A stretch of DNA of 24,068 nucleotides from a virus (Duplodnaviria; Heunggongvirae; Uroviricota; Caudoviricetes). Every line of letters begins with the position of its first letter. The stretch's first letter is position 1. Where the stretch lies: IMG/VR virus record IMGVR_UViG_2778261544_000011, positions 1 to 24,068 of that record. One strand, given 5' to 3'. The notes beneath the pieces were generated by a model. That model was not told the DNA's origin, did no database searches, and was given only the letters and a program-made list of their open reading frames with translations. This document shows positions 16,911 through 24,068 of this stretch, in pieces. Position numbers and translations under genes: made by a program.

Positions 16911-17576
16911 TCAAACAAAACCAGCCGCTTTCCGGCGCTCATATTCCTGTTTCAGCAACTCAATTGGCGTTGGTCCCGACGGGCGTTCTGGTGCTGCCAG
17001 TTGCCGCCGTACGGGCGGAACGCTGAAGCCATCACCAACATGCTTTGCCCATTTCGCCAGTTGCCGTTCTGCAAGCCGTTTTAACTCCCCTTCGGTCATC
17101 TGACGCTCAATCCCCTTTGAACGCATCTCGAGGCAAATGTGATACAGCACAGGCTGAGTCCATGGGTATTTATCGCTTCCGTCGTATCGCCAGGACTCAT
17201 TGCGCCAGCGCCGGTACTCCTCCATCACGGCATCCACCGTCAGACCGAATGGATTGGCTCCGCTTTCCGAAATCAGCGCCACAAACTCAGCCAGGTCCGG
17301 AGGCCATGTTTCACCCGCCCGGCAGCGGTTCATGCACTGGCGGCAGACCTGACGGATTTGCTGCTCAGTCATCGCGCCAATCTGTGCAATCCAGAGCTTC
17401 GAAGGTGCGGCCCCGTTCTTCTGGGTCCAGCGGTTCGAATAAACCTCCCCCATGAGTTCCCACAGCTTCCACGCCGTTTCCGTCGCTGATAAATCCGTTT
17501 TCACGTTCCCACTGCTCACGTGCTGCCCGAATTTCCTGAACGGCCCGTGATGCGGTGCCGCCTGGTGCTGCTGCAT
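16911..17576 (-). CDS. Replication protein P-like (DnaB helicase loader, lambda P family)
   Basis: C-terminal ...[40 protein letters not shown]... aligns by eye with lambda P; start ambiguous (ATG 17576 with GGGGTGA SD, or internal ATGs at 17453/17372); overlaps the O-like gene. Confidence 0.65.
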   Translation of the reverse strand: MQQHQAAPHHGPFRKFGQHVSSGNVKTDLSATETAWKLWELMGEVYSNRWTQKNGAAPSKLWIAQIGAMTEQQIRQVCRQCMNRCRAGETWPPDLAEFVALISESGANPFGLTVDAVMEEYRRWRNESWRYDGSDKYPWTQPVLYHICLEMRSKGIERQMTEGELKRLAERQLAKWAKHVGDGFSVPPVRRQLAAPERPSGPTPIELLKQEYERRKAAGFV

Positions 17577-18489
17577 GGCTCACCCCCTTGCTGACTGGTT
17601 TAACCTGCGCCCTGACGTGATGTACGTGACGGGCGAATTTCTGCTCCCACTGAACCTGCGTGAAAACTTTCCCCTCCGCTGCCCAGTAGTCCCGGAAGGC
17701 GGCAAGTTCAGCAGGTGTAAATTCCGGCTCCGGCAGAGCCACTCCCCACAGTGCAGCCCGCCGTCGAAAATCCGGCGACGGATGCCAGCCATCGGTCATC
17801 GGAAATTTCCCAATGGGTTCGCTCAGGCCTTCCAGGTAATCAGGTTCCGCTGCCTGCAACGGCACGCCATTTGCCTCACTGGCCGGAGCACTCTCGCGCA
17901 CGCGCGCGTTATGTGTGGGGTTTATATATCTGTTATCTGTTATCTGGATACCGCATGACAAAGCGTTAGCCTTATCCTTAGGCTTATCCTCAGGCAAAGG
18001 GATTGCCTTATCGAATGCCATCCCCAAAGCCTCAGAAACACCGTAGGACGCGGCTCTCAGCGATTCCCTGGCCTCCCATTTGAGAGGGCAATCAGGAATT
18101 AAAGCGAATGCCTTTGCCCAGGATTTAATGACATTTATCGAGTTTGGCGGATTGTGTTTCGCAGCATTCGGGAGCCAAAAAACTCTGGCTTTGATATCTG
18201 CTTTCACCATGCCAAGATTCATGGCTTCGCCTAAGGCTAAGTCAAAGGCTTCGATATCCCACCCCAACTCTTCAGCCATTGCTGCCCGCCCGGCTTTAAA
18301 TAACCCAGGAATAATCCCGGTAAATGGACTGGTCAGCAGATAAATAAACAAACTCTGTCCACTTGGAGGCAGAGGAGATAACGCCCTAAATTTGGGATCA
18401 TCCCATATCGTTATTTTTACCTTGCGATAAGGCTCATTGTTTGCCTTAGTTTTTGGCATGGGATTTGGCATGTTTTTAGCCTTAACCAT
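17365..18489 (-). CDS. Putative replication initiator/replisome organiser (O-like by position)
   Basis: ORF 17365-18543 (first codon TTG); ATG at 18489 preceded by GAGG; immediately upstream of the P-like gene; contains an iteron-like repeat array. Confidence 0.5.
   Translation of the reverse strand: MVKAKNMPNPMPKTKANNEPYRKVKITIWDDPKFRALSPLPPSGQSLFIYLLTSPFTGIIPGLFKAGRAAMAEELGWDIEAFDLALGEAMNLGMVKADIKARVFWLPNAAKHNPPNSINVIKSWAKAFALIPDCPLKWEARESLRAASYGVSEALGMAFDKAIPLPEDKPKDKANALSCGIQITDNRYINPTHNARVRESAPASEANGVPLQAAEPDYLEGLSEPIGKFPMTDGWHPSPDFRRRAALWGVALPEPEFTPAELAAFRDYWAAEGKVFTQVQWEQKFARHVHHVRAQVKPVSKGVSHAAAPGGTASRAVQEIRAAREQWERENGFISDGNGVEAVGTHGGGLFEPLDPEERGRTFEALDCTDWRDD
17923..18012. repeat. 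Iteron-like direct repeats with a TTATC core inside the O-like gene (candidate origin)
   Basis: tatctgttatctgttatctgg (17928-17946) and gccttatcct-tag-gcttatcctcagg...gccttatcg (17968-18012). Confidence 0.5.
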
Positions 18490-18568
18490 AATTGCCTCAT
18501 CTGGTGTCGAACCTTCCTCCGGATATAATCTGTGATTCCCCAATCAACAGAACCAAAGGAGGTTCGAC

Positions 18569-19024
18569 ATGTCTTTAATGGCTGTTTGCCAAAAAATTAA
18601 AAATCACATGCGCACTGTGTACAAAATTAACCAGCACGACCACGACATGGTTAACCTGGTAACATGCAGGGCTATAGTTCTCACCCGCTTCCACCTGATT
18701 CTTACAAATCACTCACGGGATTCTCTCCTGAGCCCCAGTAGCTATGATTCGCTGGCGAGATTGCTATACCAGGCAAGTGAAAAACGTATTACTGATCCCT
18801 TATCTGTTTCCCCTGTCCTTGCTCTTCACATTCTGGAAGACGCTCTCTATGACCCCCGTCAGGAATGCGACTATCAATTTCTTGAAGCTGAGAAATCAAT
18901 GAGAGAATGGTTCGTTGAATATCGCGAACGGCAGCAAAAGTTACCCTCAGAGTATTCAGAACTTCCGCAACTTCGCTGGAGTGACCTTCCGAACGAATTA
19001 TTTGCTCTGACCCCAGAAAATTAA
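18569..19024 (+). CDS. Hypothetical protein (151 aa) encoded antisense to the early-right operon
   Basis: Textbook SD (AAGGAGG, 6-nt spacer) before the ATG at 18569; TATAAT hexamer at 18526-18531; overlaps the competing minus-strand ORF 18789-19202. Confidence 0.4.
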   Translation: MSLMAVCQKIKNHMRTVYKINQHDHDMVNLVTCRAIVLTRFHLILTNHSRDSLLSPSSYDSLARLLYQASEKRITDPLSVSPVLALHILEDALYDPRQECDYQFLEAEKSMREWFVEYRERQQKLPSEYSELPQLRWSDLPNELFALTPEN

Positions 19025-19221
19025 TTCTTGGGGATAAATCGTCCATCACTGAGCGCAGGCTAAGTTCTGCGCTCTGAAGCTTCCGAACCGAAGTTTCTGT
19101 ACCCCAACCCGCAATTTCTGCATTTTTTGCAAGTTTCAGGATCCAGTCTCGTAGTTCGCCGGGAGTAAGATTTCCGGCATTTATGTACGGTTTGATTTTC
19201 ATTATTGGATACCCTATTCAA

Positions 19222-19644
19222 TCAATGCACTACAACAGAATCGTCGGACGCTCCACCACCGCTGAAATGTGCTTTCCGGTAAACGGCCTGGACTGCATCA
19301 TCATGCGCATCAATTGCCGTACTCAACGCTTCCTGCGCCGCCAGTAATGCACGGCGTTCCAGGGTATCGAAGATGCAGAGTCGGTGACGCAGCTCGCGCG
19401 GAAGAATTGCCAGAACCGCAGGGATCAGTTTCTGAATTTTTTCCCTTTGCGCTTTCGTTTCACCTTTTAACCAACGGTGATAGATGTTCTGCTGATTATT
19501 CCAGTCCTTGCCTGGTACCAGGGGCAATTCGCCGCCCCCCTGGCGCAGATATTCTTCAGTAATTGCACTGGCTACCCATGCCTGCCCTTTTTCAGCAGCC
19601 AGGGCTAACAACACTGATTCGATGTGCTCATGCTTGATTTTCAT
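19222..19644 (-). CDS. ydaT: YdaT-like protein (Rac prophage YdaT family)
   Basis: 140-aa ORF starting MKIKHEHIESVLLALAAEKG..., recalled as closely resembling K-12 Rac YdaT; ATG preceded by AGGAG; follows the ydaS-like gene. Confidence 0.6.
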   Translation of the reverse strand: MKIKHEHIESVLLALAAEKGQAWVASAITEEYLRQGGGELPLVPGKDWNNQQNIYHRWLKGETKAQREKIQKLIPAVLAILPRELRHRLCIFDTLERRALLAAQEALSTAIDAHDDAVQAVYRKAHFSGGGASDDSVVVH

Positions 19645-19903
19645 GAATCAACTCCTGTGCATTTTGTGTGTTAGCCTTACATCCAACAGGTAAACCGTCG
19701 GTTGGGTTAGGGTAGATATCAGGCCGAAGTTCATGAGGTGTAACCTCGAAATTCGTAGCCTCTGCGATACGCAATACCTTTTCAGGGCTTAACTGACTAC
19801 GTCCAGTAGCAACGAGGCTAATCATTGATTGCGAACAACCAGCCAGCGCGGCCAAACAAGACTGTCGTACACGATTTTTTTTCAAATATTCATCTAATGT
19901 CAT
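19628..19903 (-). CDS. ydaS: Cro-type/YdaS-like helix-turn-helix protein
   Basis: ORF 19628-19942; preferred start is the ATG at 19903 with AAGGTGA; HTH-like QSCLAALAGCSQSMISLVATGR; divergent from the repressor gene. Confidence 0.55.
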   Translation of the reverse strand: MTLDEYLKKNRVRQSCLAALAGCSQSMISLVATGRSQLSPEKVLRIAEATNFEVTPHELRPDIYPNPTDGLPVGCKANTQNAQELIHENQA

Positions 19904-19978
19904 AAGGGTCACCTTAGTAATGCTCATCAAAATATTAACCATACTAATTTAAATGATCAATACCTATATCAGTTTGAG

Positions 19979-19999
19979 ATTATGAACTGTATTCATAAG
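19979..19999. promoter_or_regulatory. Operator-like palindrome TTATGAA-N5-TTCATAA in the divergent immunity promoter region
   Basis: Perfect 7-bp inverted repeat between the ydaS-like and repressor genes, just upstream of the ATG at 20008. Confidence 0.3.
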
Positions 20000-20007
20000 A
20001 TGGTGGT

Positions 20008-20472
20008 ATGAGAAGAAAACGCGAAGAAATCGCATCGCCGGAAGCTACGCAACGTCTGCGCGCAATCTGGGATGCAAAAAAAAGAGAGCTCAAACTGACT
20101 CAGGAGCTTGCTGCCGAGCTAATGGGTTTTGAGGCGCAATCTGCGGTTAGCCATTATCTCAACGGAAAGGCTCCACTTAATACTGATGCGGCATTAAAAT
20201 TCGCTGTATTACTAAGAGTTAAGCCTGAAGAGTTGAGGCCTGATTTAGCTGATCTGATGAATTACGTCCGTTCCTCAGGAACTTATGACGAAAGTTTCGA
20301 AGGCGAAGGTTGGCGGATGGTTAACAAGCAACAAGCTGATTTACTAGATCTTTTTGATATCCTTCCCGAATCAGAAAAAGCAAAACTAATCGAAAGACTT
20401 AAAGGTCAGAATGAACTCTACAAAGAAGCATTTGAAAATATGCTGGCAGCTCAAAAACGCATGAAGAAATAG
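20008..20472 (+). CDS. racR: Prophage repressor, RacR/DicA-like HTH protein without a peptidase domain
   Basis: 154-aa ORF with an N-terminal HTH and C-terminal LLDLFDILPESEKAKLIERLKG resembling DicA-family repressors; position matches racR in a Rac-type early region; symbol by context. Confidence 0.6.
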   Translation: MRRKREEIASPEATQRLRAIWDAKKRELKLTQELAAELMGFEAQSAVSHYLNGKAPLNTDAALKFAVLLRVKPEELRPDLADLMNYVRSSGTYDESFEGEGWRMVNKQQADLLDLFDILPESEKAKLIERLKGQNELYKEAFENMLAAQKRMKK

Positions 20473-20491
20473 CTCCCACCACCTCGTAACT

Positions 20492-20519
20492 AAACCGCCA
20501 TTTTTGGCGGTTTTTTTGT
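20492..20519 (+). terminator. Rho-independent terminator after the repressor gene
   Basis: AAACCGCCA-ttttt-GGCGGTTT followed by TTTTTTGTC. Confidence 0.6.
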
Positions 20520-20612
20520 CCCCTCCGCCCGCCCCGCCTTACTTTTTATCAAAAAAAACACTAAAAATTTCATTAGGATAGTACATTTTTATCAACAAAA
20601 TGCATATTTGTA

Positions 20613-20641
20613 TTGATCATTAATATGAACATAACTAATAT
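20613..20641 (+). promoter_or_regulatory. Candidate sigma70 promoter for the early-left operon
   Basis: TTGATC (20613-20618), 17-bp spacer, TAATAT (20636-20641). Confidence 0.35.
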
Positions 20642-20707
20642 TATTACAGAAGCAGCACGGCGCTGTAGGTTTTAGTTCCGCCACCCGGCGTTAAGGGGAG
20701 AGATAAG

Positions 20708-20842
20708 ATGGTGCATTACGAAGTAGTTCAGTATTTGATGGATTGTTGCGGTATCACTTACAACCAGGCTGTGCAGGCTTTACGCAGCAACGACTGGGAT
20801 CTCTGGCAGGCAGAAGCCTCTATCCGCAACAACAAAATGTGA
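20708..20842 (+). CDS. Small protein (44 aa), YdaG-like
   Basis: Hand-translated MVHYEVVQYLMDCCGITYNQAVQALRSNDWDLWQAEASIRNNKM; GGGGAGAG SD; below the ORF-track cutoff; position matches the small genes next to racR. Confidence 0.4.
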   Translation: MVHYEVVQYLMDCCGITYNQAVQALRSNDWDLWQAEASIRNNKM

Positions 20843-20852
20843 GGTGCGAAAA

Positions 20853-21005
20853 ATGCAAAAAATCGACCTCGGCAATAACGAATCCCTGGTGTGCGGCGTG
20901 TTCCCCAACCAAGATGGAACGTTCACCGCCATGACTTATACCAAAAGCAAGACATTCAAAACTGAAACGGGCGCACGTCGCTGGCTTGCCAGAAATACTT
21001 GCTAA
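20853..21005 (+). CDS. Small protein (50 aa), YdaF-like
   Basis: Hand-translated MQKIDLGNNESLVCGVFPNQDGTFTAMTYTKSKTFKTETGARRWLARNTC; GAGGTG SD 7 nt upstream. Confidence 0.4.
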   Translation: MQKIDLGNNESLVCGVFPNQDGTFTAMTYTKSKTFKTETGARRWLARNTC

Positions 21006-21189
21006 TCCATTATTTGGATTAATTCAATATTCTCGCTGTAGGGGTATAGCAGAAACCACCAAAGCCCGGAGGTGGTGAAATAAAACTGGGCGCAACACGA
21101 AGGCGCATTTCCGATATCCATAAAGAGTCGGTCTTGTCTGTTAAATTTAAATAGTGGGAGTGCGCCTCCGGTTGTAAATAACGACATTG

Positions 21190-21251
21190 CTGTGTGTAGT
21201 CCTGGCGGCATCAGTTTTTTCTTGAAGTTCGGCTGATGTCCGCCCTTTTTT
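21190..21251 (+). ncRNA. DicF-like small RNA candidate ending in an intrinsic terminator
   Basis: GGCGGCATCAG...CTGATGTCCGCC hairpin (21204-21245) followed by CTTTTTT; recalls the 3' hairpin/terminator of the Qin prophage sRNA DicF; lies just upstream of the kilR-like division-inhibitor gene. Confidence 0.35.
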
Positions 21252-21425
21252 AAGTGAATTTTGTGATGCGGTGAATGCGGCTAAGCGCACGTGGCACAGT
21301 TAAAAGTCATGTTAGTCCTTATTGGTTTGGGTGGGAAAGCCGACTGTAATTGTTAACTGGTTGCAGTCACCTGGAGGCACCAGGCACCGCATCAACAAAG
21401 TTCATTTGTAAAAATGGAGATAATT

Positions 21426-21647
21426 ATGATTGCACATCACTTCGGAACTGATGAAATACCACGTCAGTGTGTGACTCCTGGCGATTATGTTCTTCATGAA
21501 GGCCGGACATATATTGCCTCGGCAAACAATATTAAAAAGCGAAAACTATATATTCGTAACCTGACTACAAAAACATGCATTTCTGACTGCATGATTAAAG
21601 TCTTCCTCGGTCGTGATGGTTTACCTGTAAAGGCGGAGTCATGGTGA
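21426..21647 (+). CDS. kilR: KilR-like small protein (FtsZ-targeting killing protein family)
   Basis: ORF 21414-21647; start at [12 protein letters not shown] (ATG 21426) with GGAGAT SD; 73 aa; resemblance to Rac KilR from memory. Confidence 0.5.
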   Translation: MIAHHFGTDEIPRQCVTPGDYVLHEGRTYIASANNIKKRKLYIRNLTTKTCISDCMIKVFLGRDGLPVKAESW

Positions 21648-21817
21648 TGACTAAGAAAATAAAATGTGCTTACCACCTTTGCAATAAAGGAATTGAAGAA
21701 AGCAAAAGCATTAAAAGACCACTTCATTTCATGCGTGGAGTTATCCCAACGACGGAAATGAAAAAATATTGTAGTGAAAATTGTGCCGAAAAAGACCAGA
21801 TGGCACACGAACTTTAA
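21647..21817 (+). CDS. Small Cys-rich (zinc-ribbon-like) protein, YdaE-like, 56 aa
   Basis: Hand-translated [56 protein letters not shown]; start overlaps the upstream stop (TGATGA); CxxxxC...CxxxC pattern. Confidence 0.45.
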   Translation: MTKKIKCAYHLCNKGIEESKSIKRPLHFMRGVIPTTEMKKYCSENCAEKDQMAHEL

Positions 21818-21891
21818 TTAACTGACTATGCGAAACTGAATTTATGCCAGCAATGGCAGGGATTCGCTCAACCTTAATTAAGGAGAAAAAC

Positions 21892-22167
21892 ATGATTACC
21901 AGTTATGAAGCCACTGTTGTAACTACTGATGACATTGTTCACGAAGTTAATCTGGAAGGAAAGCGTATTGGCTACGTGATTAAAACAGAAAATAAAGAAA
22001 CCCCATTCACTGTGGTTGATATCGACGGTCCATCAGGCAACGTTAAAACACTTCACGAAGGTGTCAAAAAAATGTGCCTGGTGCATACCGGAAAGAATCT
22101 GCCCGCAGAAAAAAAAGCCGAATTTCTGGCAACTCTAATTGCAATGAAATTAAAAGGTGAAATCTGA
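21892..22167 (+). CDS. racC: RacC-like protein (91 aa)
   Basis: ORF 21844-22167; ATG at 21892 preceded by AAGGAGA; immediately upstream of the recE-like gene as in Rac. Confidence 0.5.
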   Translation: MITSYEATVVTTDDIVHEVNLEGKRIGYVIKTENKETPFTVVDIDGPSGNVKTLHEGVKKMCLVHTGKNLPAEKKAEFLATLIAMKLKGEI

Positions 22168-22268
22168 AAGAAATAGCCTGCGTATGGCGCAGGCTATGAA
22201 CAGTGTGTATCCGGCAAGATCATTCACTGAACAAAACGAATTTTAATCTGAGTTGAGGTTAAAAAACA

Positions 22269-24068
22269 ATGAGCACAAAACCACTCTTCCTGTTACGGAA
22301 AGCGAAAAAATCATCCGGTGAACCTGACGTCGTCCTGTGGGCAAGCGACGATTTTGAATCGACCTGTGCCACTCTGGACTACCTGATCGTTAAGTCAGGT
22401 AAAAAACTGAGCAGCTATTTTAAAGCTGTTGCCACGAATTTTCCTGTCGTTAATGACCTGCCCGCTGAAGGTGAGATCGATTTTACCTGGAGTGAACGCT
22501 ATCAACTCAGCAAAGACTCCATGACATGGGAACTAAAACCGGGAGCAGCACCAGACAACGCTCACTATCAAGGCAATACCAACGTCAACGGCGAAGACAT
22601 GACTGAGATTGAGGAGAATATGCTACTCCCAATTTCTGGCCAGGAACTGCCCATTCGTTGGCTTGCTCAACACGGCAGCGAAAAACCGGTAACGCACGTT
22701 TCACGCGACGGACTCCAGGCATTACACATTGCTCGGGCTGAAGAACTACCGGCTGTTACTGCCCTGGCTGTTTCCCACAAAACCAGCCTGCTCGACCCGC
22801 TGGAAATTCGCGATCTCCACAAACTGGTTCGTGACACTGACAAAGTTTTCCCTAATCCTGGTAATTCAAACCTGGGACTGATAACTGCTTTTTTCGAAGC
22901 ATACCTGAACGCTGACTACACCGATCGAGGACTGCTGACAAAAGAGTGGATGAAGGGTAATCGTGTTTCACACATCACTCGCACGGCTTCCGGTGCTAAT
23001 GCTGGCGGCGGAAACCTCACCGATCGCGGCAAAGGTTTCGTACACGATCTGACGTCACTGGCGCGCGACGTAGCCACTGGCGTACTGGCCCGTTCAATGG
23101 ATCTGGACATCTATAACATTCATCCGGCACACGCTAAACGCATTGAGGAAATTATCGCTGAAAATAAACCGCCCTTTTCTGTTTTCCGCGACAAATTCAT
23201 CACCATGCCTGGCGGGCTGGATTATTCCCGCGCCATCGTGGTTGCTTCCGTAAAAGAAGCACCAATTGGGATCGAGATCATCCCCGCGCACGTCACTGAA
23301 TATCTGAACAAAGTACTGACTGAAACCGATCATGCCAACCCTGATCCGGAAATCGTGGATATTGCCTGCGGTCGCTCCTCTGCCCCGATGCCGCAGCGAG
23401 TAACAGAAGAAGGAAAACAGGATGATGAAGAAAAACCGCAACCATCTGGAACAACGGCAGTTGAACAGGGAGAGACTGAAACAATGGAACCGGACGCAAC
23501 TGAACATCATCAGGACACGCAGCCGCTGGATGCTCAGTCACAGGTAAATTCTGTTGATGCGAAATATCAGGAACTGCGGGCAGAACTCCATGAAGCCCGG
23601 AAAAACATTCCATCAAAAAATCCTGTCGATGCCAATAAATTGCTTGCTGCATCACGTGGTGAATTTGTTGACGGAATTAGCGACCCGAACGATCCGAAAT
23701 GGGTAAAGGGGATCCAGACTCGCGATTCTGTGTACCAGAACCAGCCAGAAACGGAAAAAACCAGCCCGGATATGAATCAACCTGAGCCAGTAGTGCAACA
23801 GGAACCGGAAATAGCCTGCAATGCCTGCGGCCAGACTGGCGGGGATAACTGCCCTGACTGTGGTGCGGTGATGGGCGACGCAACATACCAGGAAACATTC
23901 GATGAAGAGAGTCAGGTTGAAGCTAAGGAAAATGATCCGGAGGAAATGGAAGGCGCTGAACATCCGCACAATGAGAATGCTGGCAGCGATCCGCATCGCG
24001 ATTGCAGTGATGAAACTGGCAAAGTCGCAGATCCCGTAATCGTAGAAGTGTTAGCGCCAGTGATATAA
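22269..24068 (+). CDS. recE: Exonuclease VIII (RecE)-like protein, N-terminal region only (599 aa; stop at the window end)
   Basis: N-terminus [46 protein letters not shown]... recalled as near-identical to K-12 Rac RecE; ORF ends with TAA at 24066-24068, well short of the ~866 aa recalled for full-length RecE. Confidence 0.75.
   Translation: MSTKPLFLLRKAKKSSGEPDVVLWASDDFESTCATLDYLIVKSGKKLSSYFKAVATNFPVVNDLPAEGEIDFTWSERYQLSKDSMTWELKPGAAPDNAHYQGNTNVNGEDMTEIEENMLLPISGQELPIRWLAQHGSEKPVTHVSRDGLQALHIARAEELPAVTALAVSHKTSLLDPLEIRDLHKLVRDTDKVFPNPGNSNLGLITAFFEAYLNADYTDRGLLTKEWMKGNRVSHITRTASGANAGGGNLTDRGKGFVHDLTSLARDVATGVLARSMDLDIYNIHPAHAKRIEEIIAENKPPFSVFRDKFITMPGGLDYSRAIVVASVKEAPIGIEIIPAHVTEYLNKVLTETDHANPDPEIVDIACGRSSAPMPQRVTEEGKQDDEEKPQPSGTTAVEQGETETMEPDATEHHQDTQPLDAQSQVNSVDAKYQELRAELHEARKNIPSKNPVDANKLLAASRGEFVDGISDPNDPKWVKGIQTRDSVYQNQPETEKTSPDMNQPEPVVQQEPEIACNACGQTGGDNCPDCGAVMGDATYQETFDEESQVEAKENDPEEMEGAEHPHNENAGSDPHRDCSDETGKVADPVIVEVLAPVI

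Noticed and set aside
18789-19202. Minus-strand 137-aa ORF overlapping the plus-strand gene 18569-19024
   Set aside because: No recognisable SD before its ATG, whereas the overlapping plus-strand ORF has a strong SD and a -10 element; left open as the alternative in the findings
20743-20934. Plus-strand 63-aa ORF from the track
   Set aside because: Out of frame with, and overlapping, the two small SD-preceded genes at 20708-20842 and 20853-21005
21002-21211. Minus-strand 69-aa ORF between the ydaF-like and kilR-like genes
   Set aside because: Antisense to the early-left operon with no SD; the region is better explained as non-coding with a DicF-like hairpin. A degraded remnant of a sieB-like gene cannot be excluded

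Overview
This window reads as a mosaic, probably defective, Rac-like lambdoid prophage from an Escherichia-type enterobacterial genome, called by eye from the sequence and ORF track without database searches. From right to left: a plus-strand early-left operon (racR-like repressor, small ydaG/ydaF-like genes, a DicF-like sRNA candidate, kilR-, ydaE-, racC-like genes and a recE-like ORF that stops at codon 599); a divergent minus-strand early-right operon (ydaS/ydaT-like, an O-like initiator with internal iterons, a lambda-P-like helicase loader, two unknown genes); a hok-type toxin locus; a nin-like region (DUF1367, DUF1364, Q-like gene with an 'ATGA' overlap); two tRNA genes; a lysis cassette (two membrane proteins, GH108-type endolysin, tiny membrane/lipoprotein ORFs); a ParB-like plus GT-A-like gene pair; an AT-rich repeat region; small genes and a Mu gp27-like gene; an intact IS2 with a 5-bp target duplication; an AT-rich orphan gene; and Mu-like head genes I and T. 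The most interesting candidate is an AT-rich, oppositely oriented two-gene cassette at 13975-15458 (a ~310-aa soluble protein translationally coupled to a ~184-aa four-helix membrane protein), which has RexA/RexB-like architecture and may be a divergent abortive-infection or defence module. Secondary candidates are the orphan gene beside IS2 and the ParB-like/GT-A-like pair.
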